A DNA stretch of 64,000 nucleotides from an uncultured Planctomycetales bacterium. Its GTDB lineage: Bacteria > Omnitrophota > Gorgyraeia > Zapsychrales > JANLHA01. The translations under genes and the position numbers were made by a program. The DNA is taken from contig CAYJXI010000004.1 of NCBI GenBank assembly GCA_964374105.1, positions 13,202 through 77,201 on the forward strand. The letters are read 5' to 3'. Below are positions 1 through 9,400 of the stretch, piece after piece; the first letter of the stretch is position 1, and the number at the start of each line of letters is the position of its first letter. The notes beneath the pieces were generated by a model. The model was given only the letters and a program-made list of their open reading frames with translations, was not told the origin of the DNA and did no database searches.

Positions 1-758
1 GTCAAAAAAAGAAAGGTCAGATGGGTCAAGATTGTCTTTTGAAAGTTCCCACCGGGACAATCCTTAGGGACTATGAAACGAAATTGTTAATCCGCGATCT
101 AGTTAAGGAGGGAGAAAAAGTCATTGTCGCCCGTGGAGGAGAGGGAGGCAAAGGGAACGCAAAAAACAAAACTCCCACTGAACCTCAGAAAGGTGAACAA
201 AGGATCGTTCATTTAGAGTTGAAATTGATAGCTGATGTGGGGATTATCGGTTTTCCCAATGCGGGGAAATCAACTTTGATATCCAATATCTCCCGAGTCA
301 AATCCAAGATTGCTGACTATCCTTTTACGACCAAACAACCTATTTTAGGAATCGTTAAGACAGAAGATTTTGATTTTGTTGTGGCTGATCTCCCGGGTCT
401 CATTGAGGGAGCTTATATGGGAAAAGGATTAGGGCATCGATTTTTAAAACATGCTGAAAGGACAAAAATTCTTCTTCATTTGATTGATATGGGGGCCAGC
501 GAAGGCAGAGACCCTATAGCGGATTATGAGAAAATCAAAGAAGAGTTGCAGAAATTTTCTGATAAATTATTTTTGAAACAAAGAATCATTGTGGCCAATA
601 AAATGGATTTACCGGATGCTAAGAAACATTTGCATCGATTTAAGCGAAAATTCGCTGATGAGGTTATCGAAATTTCCGCCCTCAAAAAGCAAGGTCTAAA
701 CACCTTGATCTTAAAAGTCAAAAAATTGTTAATGAAAGAGATGTCAATAAAAGATTGA
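1..758 (+). CDS. obg: GTPase Obg/CgtA, 5'-truncated at the window edge. The reading frame is open from nt 3; the first in-window ATG is at 21.
   Basis: G1 motif GFPNAGKST, DLPGLIEGA, NKMD. The Obg-fold segment with the GGEGGKGN glycine-rich stretch precedes the G domain. There is no stop upstream in frame. Confidence 0.85.
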   Translation, partial: QKKKGQMGQDCLLKVPTGTILRDYETKLLIRDLVKEGEKVIVARGGEGGKGNAKNKTPTEPQKGEQRIVHLELKLIADVGIIGFPNAGKSTLISNISRVKSKIADYPFTTKQPILGIVKTEDFDFVVADLPGLIEGAYMGKGLGHRFLKHAERTKILLHLIDMGASEGRDPIADYEKIKEELQKFSDKLFLKQRIIVANKMDLPDAKKHLHRFKRKFADEVIEISALKKQGLNTLILKVKKLLMKEMSIKD

Positions 759-781
759 ACCCTCTTCTTAAGGGGTAAGCT

Positions 782-1870
782 ATGGTGAGGAAATTCCCCA
801 GACAAATCCGAAAACTTGTCATTAAAATCGGTTCAAGTGTCATTGCGACTTATAAAATGAAGCCCAAAACGGCCCATCTTTATTCTCTGATTGAGCAGAT
901 TGGTCAGCTTAAAAAAGATCATCGGGATGTCGTGTTAGTAAGTTCTGGTGCAATTGTCTTAGGGATGGGAGAGATGAATATCAGCCATCGACCGCATGAT
1001 TTATCTACGTTACAAGCGTTAGCCGCTGTTGGGCAGACAGTTCTGATGCGGACCTACAGTGATTTGTTTAAAAAAGTCGATATCAAATGCGCTCAGGTCC
1101 TATTGACTTGGGATGATTTCGATAACCGTGACCGGTATAATAATGCACGGAAGACCTTAAAGGCTATTTTGGACAAGGGTATCATTCCCATAATCAATGA
1201 AAATGACACCATTGCCAATGATGAAATCAAATTTGGGGATAATGATAGACTCTCGGCTTTGGTGGCAAGTCTCATTCCCGCTGATCTTTTGCTGATCCTT
1301 TCCGATGTGGAGGGGTTTTATGAACTGAGAGATGGTCAAAAGAAATTATTTGATGAAATCAAAGAGATCACTCAGGAGATAGAAGGGATGGCAAAAGGGA
1401 CCACTAAGAAGCATTTTTCTAAAGGAGGAATGATTTCTAAACTAGAGGCGGTTAAGATTGCCATTCATGCTAATATCCCCTGCATCGTTGCCCACGGGGA
1501 AACAGAAAATATCCTTCCCCGGATTTTAAGCGGAGAACGGATTGGAACTTTTTTTATGGAGAAAGGGGATCGGTTATTGGCGCGTAAACATTGGATTTCT
1601 TTCGGGGCAAAACCCAAAGGTGTCATTACCGTTGATCAAGGGGCAAAAGAGGCCTTGTTAAAAGGTGGGCGCAGTCTCCTCTTGCCTGGGCTGGTGGCTT
1701 GGGAAGGACATTTTAATGCGGATGATGTAGTGGTTGTCTGTGATCAAGACCGCAAGGAAATTGCCCGGGGGATTATCAATTATTCCTATCAGGATTTAGC
1801 AAGTACGGATAATAAAAAAGGAAAAACCGAAGTCATTCATTGCGATGATCTGGTTTTAAGCAAAAGATAG
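782..1870 (+). CDS. proB: Glutamate 5-kinase
   Basis: N-terminal KLVIKIGSSVI kinase motif, about 360 aa, C-terminal PUA-like domain (GVITVDQGA...VVVV). It lies upstream of proA. Confidence 0.85.
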   Translation: MVRKFPRQIRKLVIKIGSSVIATYKMKPKTAHLYSLIEQIGQLKKDHRDVVLVSSGAIVLGMGEMNISHRPHDLSTLQALAAVGQTVLMRTYSDLFKKVDIKCAQVLLTWDDFDNRDRYNNARKTLKAILDKGIIPIINENDTIANDEIKFGDNDRLSALVASLIPADLLLILSDVEGFYELRDGQKKLFDEIKEITQEIEGMAKGTTKKHFSKGGMISKLEAVKIAIHANIPCIVAHGETENILPRILSGERIGTFFMEKGDRLLARKHWISFGAKPKGVITVDQGAKEALLKGGRSLLLPGLVAWEGHFNADDVVVVCDQDRKEIARGIINYSYQDLASTDNKKGKTEVIHCDDLVLSKR

Positions 1871-1961
1871 AATGTCTACCGTTCAGTAGGATTACGACTG
1901 GCATAGATTTTTTATCTTTATTGTATCGGAAATTCAAAATAAAGGATTTCGATACAACTTG

Positions 1962-2059
1962 GGGGTTGTTAACCCCGCATCTTGCGAAAGCTGCGGGGTT
2001 AAGGGAAGGGGTGACAACCCCGATGATACATCGGGGCGCCGACCCCGCCAATGGCGGGG
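1962..2059 (+). other. GC-rich multi-hairpin element in the proB-proA spacer (candidate structured RNA or REP-like element)
   Basis: Hairpin AACCCCGCA(12-nt loop containing GCGAAAGC)TGCGGGGTT at 1971-2000. There is an alternative upstream pairing GGGGTT/AACCCC (1962-1976). CCCCGATG-ATA-CATCGGGG lies at 2018-2036 and CCCCGCC-AAT-GGCGGGG at 2043-2059. Confidence 0.4.
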
Positions 2060-2119
2060 TATGGATAAAATAGTGCCGAACATAGTGAGGCCTATTTTAT
2101 TTAAGGGAGTTAAAAACCA

Positions 2120-3385
2120 ATGAAGGGGACATTAGAAAATCAAATAGTGAAAATGGCTAAGGCTGCTAAGCAGGCCTGTTTAAAGTTATCCCTTGTTCCT
2201 ACACAAGAGAAAAATAAGGCCCTGCAGGTGATGGTTGATTCTCTTATGATGAATAAAGACTATCTTTTTAAAGAGAATCAAAGAGACATTCATCAAGCTC
2301 ATAAGAATCGCTATTCCAAGGCTTTGATTGACCGTCTAACCCTCAATGAAAAACGGATCCAAGAAATGGCTCAATGCCTTCTGGAAACAGCTAAGTTAAA
2401 AGATCCGGTGGGGGAGGTGCTACAAACAATCACCCGGCCCAATGGTCTTAAGATTGAGAAGGTAAGAACCCCTCTAGGAGTCGTAGGAATCATTTATGAA
2501 TCTCGGCCCAATGTCACCAGTGATTGCATAGGCTTATGTTTGAAATCTGGGAATGCCGTGATCCTCAAAGGGGGAAAAGAGGCTTGTTATTCCAATCAGG
2601 CTATTTTTCATATTCTCAAAAAATCATTATCTCAAACTGCCATACCGCAAGAAGCCGTCCAATTGGTCCCTTCCCAAGACCGCAGGGCGGTCAATATCCT
2701 ACTAAGGTTAGATAAATATGTGGATGTGATGATCCCCCGGGGTGGAGAAAGCCTGATAAGCTTTGTGGCTCGACGTTCCTTGATCCCTGTCATTAAGCAC
2801 TATAAGGGAAATTGTCACACCTTTGTGAGTGATAAAGCCGACTTGAGGTTGGCTCAAACGATTTGTTTCAATGCCAAGGTCCAGCGACCGGCCACCTGCA
2901 ATGCGATGGAAACATTGCTCGTCCATCGGGCAGTTGCCTCGCAATTTTTACCGAATATGATTGTGGAATTTACAAAGGCCGGAGTGGAAATCCGTGGGTG
3001 TCCAATAACGCGCAAGGTCATCAAGGAAGGGATTAAAAAGGCAACTGAAAAAGATTGGTATGAAGAATATTTGGATTTGATTTTAGCCGTTAAGGTGGTT
3101 CATTCCCTTAAGGAGGCGATCGATCATATCAATACTTATGGGTCGCATCATTCCGATTGTATTGTGACGGAAGATAAACAAGAGGCGCAAGAATTCCTAA
3201 AGTCTGTTGATTCCGCCTGTCTTTATGTCAACGCCTCAACCCGCTTCACCGATGGATACCAATTTGGGATGGGGGCAGAAATTGGAATCAGCACCGACAA
3301 ATTACATGCCCGCGGACCGATGGCTTTGGAGGAGTTAACGACCTATAAATTCCTTATTTATGGTCAAGGACAAATCCGAGAGTAA
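2120..3385 (+). CDS. proA: Gamma-glutamyl phosphate reductase
   Basis: About 420-aa aldehyde-dehydrogenase-fold protein. It has typical ProA segments (VIYESRPNVT, catalytic Cys region NASTRFTDG) and is adjacent to proB. Confidence 0.85.
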   Translation: MKGTLENQIVKMAKAAKQACLKLSLVPTQEKNKALQVMVDSLMMNKDYLFKENQRDIHQAHKNRYSKALIDRLTLNEKRIQEMAQCLLETAKLKDPVGEVLQTITRPNGLKIEKVRTPLGVVGIIYESRPNVTSDCIGLCLKSGNAVILKGGKEACYSNQAIFHILKKSLSQTAIPQEAVQLVPSQDRRAVNILLRLDKYVDVMIPRGGESLISFVARRSLIPVIKHYKGNCHTFVSDKADLRLAQTICFNAKVQRPATCNAMETLLVHRAVASQFLPNMIVEFTKAGVEIRGCPITRKVIKEGIKKATEKDWYEEYLDLILAVKVVHSLKEAIDHINTYGSHHSDCIVTEDKQEAQEFLKSVDSACLYVNASTRFTDGYQFGMGAEIGISTDKLHARGPMALEELTTYKFLIYGQGQIRE

Positions 3386-3432
3386 TATTGACAATCCAAG
3401 ATTTAAACTTCCAAATTCCTTAGATATTGTTC

Positions 3433-4029
3433 ATGCAGAAATCGAACGAAAAACGTATAGGGATATTAGGCGGGACCTTTAATCCCATTCATATGGGTCA
3501 TCTTGCGATTGCGCAAATGTCTTTAGAGAAATTGAAATTGAATAAAATTCTCTTTGTCCCATCTTATCTTCCTCCCCACAAAAGAATTACTTATTTGGCT
3601 TCTGCTTATGATCGTTTGCAAATGGTGAGATTAGGTATTAAAGGGAACCCCCATTTCGAAGTTTTGGATTACGAAATTAAAAGGAAAGGCAGATCCTATA
3701 CGATTGAGACAGTGAAATTTTTAAAAAATATTTACCTTCGAAAGACAAAACTGTATTTTATTATTGGGGAAGATAGTTTACCTTATCTAAAGAGTTGGAA
3801 ACAGATCGAGGAAGTTGTGAAAATTGTTTCTTTTATCGTGGTTAATCGCCCGGGCTATAGAAAAAGAAAAGTACCGTTAGGGATTAAGTATCACAGTGTG
3901 GTGATGCCGGGAATAGAGATTTCCTCATCCTATCTTCGGCAGCGTATATCCCAAGGAAAATCCATAAAATATCTTGTCCCCGATGAAGTTATTAGCTATA
4001 TTGAAAATCATCAACTCTATACTATATAG
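3433..4029 (+). CDS. nadD: Nicotinate-nucleotide adenylyltransferase
   Basis: RIGILGGTFNPIHMGHL (HxGH nucleotidyltransferase motif), about 198 aa. The track ORF starts at TTG 3427; ATG 3433 is preferred. Confidence 0.8.
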   Translation: MQKSNEKRIGILGGTFNPIHMGHLAIAQMSLEKLKLNKILFVPSYLPPHKRITYLASAYDRLQMVRLGIKGNPHFEVLDYEIKRKGRSYTIETVKFLKNIYLRKTKLYFIIGEDSLPYLKSWKQIEEVVKIVSFIVVNRPGYRKRKVPLGIKYHSVVMPGIEISSSYLRQRISQGKSIKYLVPDEVISYIENHQLYTI

Positions 4030-4146
4030 AGGAAGGAAGTAAGATTTAATAACTAAAGACCATTGGTTTTATCGGGCCGTTAAAACGATTATCGCAGGCA
4101 CGGATTTTTAAATGAGTTGGGAATCGTTTATAGAGAGGATTGAATC

Positions 4147-5583
4147 ATGAAAGTTAACGAAAATAATAATGAAATTAAATTTGGGACAGATGGGTGGAGG
4201 GCCATCATCTCAGAAAAATTTACTTTCAAAAATGTCTCCATTGTCAGTCAAGCCATCAGCGATTGGATTAACCGTGACTTAAAGAAGATCCCTTATAAAA
4301 GAAAAAGGGTGGCGGTGGGTTATGATACACGGTTTATGTCAGCCGATTATGGGAGGATTGCGAGTTGTGTTTTGGCGCAAAATGGGATTGAGGTATTGCT
4401 TTCCGATTCCTCTATTCCCACACCGGCCCTCAGCTATGGAGTACCGCTAAACAAATGTGTTGCGGGTATTATGATTACAGCCAGCCACAATCCTTATTGG
4501 TTTAATGGAATTAAAATCAAAACACATCTTGGAGGGGGAGCCTCAATGGATATTACCGATAGGGTGGAGTCTTATCTGTATAAAACGGATGTCAAATCCA
4601 TGAATTTCGATGGGGCTATACGGGAAAGGAACATTCTCCTCCATGATTTTAAGGTCAATTATTTAAAATTTATTAAAAATTACATTGATCTTAAAAAGAT
4701 AAAAAAAGCCAGGTTTAAAGTTCTTTTGGATGCGATGCACGGCAGTGGCAATGGGCTTATGGCCGAGATTCTTAAAGGAACAAATATCCGGTTGTCCTTG
4801 ATGCGGGAAGATATCAATCCTTTTTTTGAGGGAACCAAACCTGAACCGGTTGTGGAATTCTTAAGTGAAATATTAGGCAGGGTTAAAAAGGAAAAGTTCG
4901 ATCTGGGGTTGGTTTTGGATGGAGATGCTGACCGCATTGCAGCTGTCGCTGCTCAAGGAGAATTTATCCATCCTCAGAAAATTTTAGGGTTATTGATCTT
5001 GCATCTTGTCCGTAACCGAGGAAGAAAAGGGGGCGTTGTCAAAACCATCTGCGGAACGACCTTGATTGATAAAATCACTCAAAAATTAAATCTCAAGCTT
5101 TTTGAAACACCGGTTGGATTTAAGTACATCTCGGATATTATGGTTTCGGAAAATATTGTGGCCGGTGGAGAAGAAGCGGGGGGAATGGGCTTTCAGGATT
5201 ATATCCCAGAAAGGGATGGAACTTTGGCCGGGCTCCTTCTCCTTGAGATGATGGTTTATCAGAAGAAGAATATAAAGAAAATCATCACTGAGATGGAAAA
5301 GGAGTTTGGTCATTACTATTATCAAAGAAGAGATGTGAAAATAAAGGAAGGCAAACAATTCGATTTGGATAAATTTAAATCGATGAGTCGCTTATTAGGC
5401 AAAAAGGTTGTTGAGGTTAAAGATTTTGATGGAGTCAAACTGATTTGTGAAGATGAAAGTTGGCTGATGTTAAGACCCTCTGGAACCGAGCCCCTTGTCC
5501 GTGTTTATTCGGAGGCCAAATCTCTTGCTCGAGCTAAACAATTGATTGTGTTGGGAGAAAAATTATTAAAAAGAAAGATCTAA
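4147..5583 (+). CDS. Phosphoglucomutase/phosphomannomutase family protein
   Basis: FGTDGWRA N-terminal motif and the active-site serine motif TASHNPYWFNG, in a 478-aa protein. Confidence 0.75.
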   Translation: MKVNENNNEIKFGTDGWRAIISEKFTFKNVSIVSQAISDWINRDLKKIPYKRKRVAVGYDTRFMSADYGRIASCVLAQNGIEVLLSDSSIPTPALSYGVPLNKCVAGIMITASHNPYWFNGIKIKTHLGGGASMDITDRVESYLYKTDVKSMNFDGAIRERNILLHDFKVNYLKFIKNYIDLKKIKKARFKVLLDAMHGSGNGLMAEILKGTNIRLSLMREDINPFFEGTKPEPVVEFLSEILGRVKKEKFDLGLVLDGDADRIAAVAAQGEFIHPQKILGLLILHLVRNRGRKGGVVKTICGTTLIDKITQKLNLKLFETPVGFKYISDIMVSENIVAGGEEAGGMGFQDYIPERDGTLAGLLLLEMMVYQKKNIKKIITEMEKEFGHYYYQRRDVKIKEGKQFDLDKFKSMSRLLGKKVVEVKDFDGVKLICEDESWLMLRPSGTEPLVRVYSEAKSLARAKQLIVLGEKLLKRKI

Positions 5584-5620
5584 TTCTTCCTTTTAGGAAG
5601 GAAGCATTTTCTACAAAGGA

Positions 5621-6199
5621 ATGATTTATTGGGTTGCCTACTATATAATTAAAATTTTTTTTAAGATATTTTTCCCTATTCGAACAACCGGTTTTGAAAA
5701 TATCCCCCCCAGCGGAAGTTATATCCTGGCTAGTAATCACTTAAGTTATCTAGATCCATTGATTATTGGATTAAGTATTCCAAGAAGATTAAGTTATCTT
5801 GCCAAAGATTCGTTATTTAAGAACCGAATTTTCGGTGCTTTATTAAAACAGTGTGGGGCCTTTCCAGTTAAAAGAGAGACATCTGATATTCGATCCATTC
5901 GGGAGGCTTTAAAAAGGATTCAAAAAGGGGAACCCCTCGTTTTTTTTCCCCAAGGGACCAGAAAGGCTTCTTTAGAAAATGTTAAAATTTATTCTGGAAT
6001 TGGATTTCTGGTGGCCAAAACAAGGGTTCCGGTTATACCTATTAAAATTACTGGTTCAGATCAGGCTCTTCCCCCCGGTCGTCGCTTCCTCAAACGACAT
6101 CCAGTTTTTATCCACTTTGGTAAACCCTTAGAATTTGCCAAGGAGGATGTCTATCAACAGGTAGCCAGCCGTATTATGTCAACTATTGAATCCCTTTAG
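5621..6199 (+). CDS. plsC: 1-acyl-sn-glycerol-3-phosphate acyltransferase
   Basis: N-terminal hydrophobic helix, HX4D acyltransferase motif (ASNHLSYLDP), FPQGTR motif, 192 aa. Confidence 0.75.
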   Translation: MIYWVAYYIIKIFFKIFFPIRTTGFENIPPSGSYILASNHLSYLDPLIIGLSIPRRLSYLAKDSLFKNRIFGALLKQCGAFPVKRETSDIRSIREALKRIQKGEPLVFFPQGTRKASLENVKIYSGIGFLVAKTRVPVIPIKITGSDQALPPGRRFLKRHPVFIHFGKPLEFAKEDVYQQVASRIMSTIESL

Positions 6200-6423
6200 A
6201 CAATCGTAACGATGGATACCTAACTAGTATCAATTCCTTATAATTCTTACCGCTCACTGATTTGCACCGATTTGCCTTTTGTTACAAAATATGTTATATT
6301 TACGATTGGAAGTCTGAAAGCGCTTTCTTATTATTACTTAACTATACACATTGCAATAAGTTATATCATTCCAAGAGATTTTCATGGGTTTATTACTTGA
6401 TTCTTTGTTGAATTTGAATTTGA

Positions 6424-9400
6424 TTGAGGTGTCAGAAAGTGATCAATTTTATTGAGCGCAAGCGAAACCCTAATATTTATCGTTTCATTACTGGATTTTT
6501 CTGTTTCTCTTTTTTTCTTAGTAGTATTATCCCGCCCTACTCTTTAAGTTACGCTCAGACTTTTCCTCAATATCTTCCCAACCAATTTCCTAATTTATCC
6601 GGTTATTCTATCCTTAATCTCCCAACCCCGGGAACAATGATAACGATGAGTGATGAATTTATCCCGGTCCTTGTCAAAGGAATTACCCTTTATCCTAATA
6701 ATCCACTCCAATTTGATTTTATTGTAGATACTGGTGATACAGATTTGGAAGGAGAAGAATTAAAGACAGAATCCAGTAAGTTGATCAAGTACTTTTTGGC
6801 CTCCCTTACCGTACCAGAAGAGGAATTATGGGTTAATTTATCCCCCTATGAAAAGGATCGGATCATTCCAGAAGGCTTAGGAATCACCGAAATGGGCAAG
6901 GACCTTCTGGCCCAGGATTATATTTTAAAACAATTAACTGCCTCGTTAATTTATCCTGAGAATGATTTGGGTAAAGAGTTTTGGGCACGAGTTTATAAGA
7001 AGGCACAAGAAAAGTACGGATCGACAAATATCCCCATTAATACCTTCAATAAGGTATGGATTCTTCCAGACCGGGCGGTTGTCTATGAACATGAGGGGAG
7101 TGCCTTTGTTGTTGAGCGTCATTTAAAAGTGATGCTCGAAGAAGATTATTTGAGTTTACAAAATAACCTGGGGAATGAAAAGCTGGGCACCCATCAACTT
7201 AAAGAAACCGATGTTAAAAACTTAAGCAACATTTCTGGTGAGGTGGTAAGAGAGGTGTTGATCCCGGAAATCGAAAAAGAAGTCAATGAGGGTAAAAACT
7301 TTGCTAACTTAAGGCAGATCTATAATTCCATGATCTTGGCGACATGGTATAAAAAGAATCTCAAAGAAAGCCTTTTGGGGCAAGTTTACATGGATCAGAA
7401 TAAAACCAAGGGTGTAGATGTTGACGACAAACTTATCAAACAAAAGATTTATGATCAATATATTGCCGCCTTTAAACAAGGTGTCTACAACTATATTAAG
7501 GAAGACGTTGACCCATTAACCCAAGATTTAATTCCCAAAAAATATTTTTCAGGAGGAGCCATGGGTGTCTGGGCAGAGCAATTGATTGAGCTGCAAGGAA
7601 GCCTGGAAAATCAACCTCCCCGGGTCGTGCAAGCGGTTACAAAACCTCGCGGCAAACATCGAAAGATCACCTGGGAAGCTTTAGATGTGGGAACCAATGC
7701 CAGACCTGAGGTGGTTGATGAGCTTGCAAAAGTTTTCCGTGGGCCAGCGATGCGGCTGTCCGGACTGGGATTAGATGAGAATCAGGAAAAGCTGGTTGAT
7801 GATACAATAGCCACCTATTTTGAAGGGGAAAGACTTAAAAGTGGCCGCCTTTTACTCCCACGGGATGAAGAATATCAACTCTTGGATCCCGATGGGGCCT
7901 TAAGGGATAATGGTGTCAAGATTTATCTTCTCCCGGGGTTAATCAACAAGATACTCCAGTTGGCGGATCAACGTAAAATTCTAAATCCCCCCATTGATCT
8001 TATTAGTCATCCTGGTCCTACCCGAAGAAATATTTATATTGATCCTGCTTATTTTGAATCCATATTGAAATTACAACCTAAAATCTGGCTCTCCCAATGG
8101 GCGGTCCATGAACTGGCGCATATCGAGCATCCTGAGGCGGAGGAAAAAGAAATTCTAAAAATGGCTCCGATTCCCGGGGTAACTCTTGCTGAAGAAAAAC
8201 CAGAAAGACTCAAATCCAAAGAGGAGCGTAAAAAACAAAAGGAATTTAAAAAACCAATCTTCAAGCGACCTGTTACGTTGAAGTCATCCATCCGCGAACT
8301 TGATTTTGGTCTTTTCCCTAATATTGCCCGGCCGGTGTATGCTTCTTTAGAGGAGGCAGGGATCAAAACCGTTGGCGATTTTAGGAACTGGACCGAAGAA
8401 GATCTCTCGAAGCTTAAATATATTAAAGGGAGAGTTGTCAAAAGAATCAAAGATACCTTGTTGAGAGAAGTCAAGGTGAAATTAAAAGGGGAAGAGGAGA
8501 AAAAAGCGAAGCCAGTGACAAAGAAAAAAAAGGAAGAAAAGACAGTTAAGGAAGAAGGGCCTATCACGCTAAAGTCCTCGATTCGACGGTTGAATTTGGG
8601 CAAGAGGCCATTTTCGGACAAAGTCTTTAAGGCCTTGGAATCGTCTGGGATTTTTACCATTAAAGACCTTAAAAATAAATCAGTAGAGGAATTGTTTAAG
8701 ATCAAGTGGATTGGAACGGATGTTGTGTTAAGGATAAAGACAGAATTGGTAAGAACGGTTGGGGAGAATTTAAAAGGCGAGGTATGGCCTGAAGTAAAGC
8801 CGGCGGTTAAGAAAGAGAAAAAGATTGATTTAACTGTCACAACCGAAACAGAAGGTTTTAGTGATGTCTATGGCAAGTCCTATTTGCAAGGGAACTCCGG
8901 TGTTTCCTTTACCAAGGTCCAGCTAAGAGAATTGATGGGCCGTTGGTCAGAGAAAGTTCCCTCTAAAGCTTCGGTCGCCCCGATTTCTTCCCGAATGACC
9001 ATGGGACTTTTTAATATTGGGTTGTTGGAGAGACTAGGCAATGGAACACCGGGACGACCTTATCAATACCGATTAGTCAGCTGGCTTCGGGAGAAGGCCT
9101 TAAAGTTGGATAATATCGAGGAGTGGTTAAGTTCTCAAGATCCCCGGCTCATCGAAAATGAATTGCAAAAGGCCCATGTTCGATATCGTAATATCCCTAA
9201 GGTTCAATCATTGGTCAAAAAATGGGAAAGAGATGTTAAGAAGGGTAAGGCACCGGCAAAAAAAGAGGTCGCAGCCGCAAGAATATTTGGACGTGTCCCT
9301 GGCTATACCATCTATGATGCCTTATTGGATATTATGTATTTAGAGAAGGAACTCAGTGGGAAAAAAGGAAAAGCCCCGCGAGTATCAGAAAAACAAGCCG

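Noticed and set aside
8049-8840. 263-aa minus-strand ORF inside the giant gene (also 10278-10616 and 10854-11075)
   Set aside because: Antisense to Lys/Glu-rich coding repeats (AAG/GAA-rich sense gives a TTC/CTT-rich antisense without stops). It is Ser/Phe/Leu-biased nonsense and repeats in step with the sense modules.
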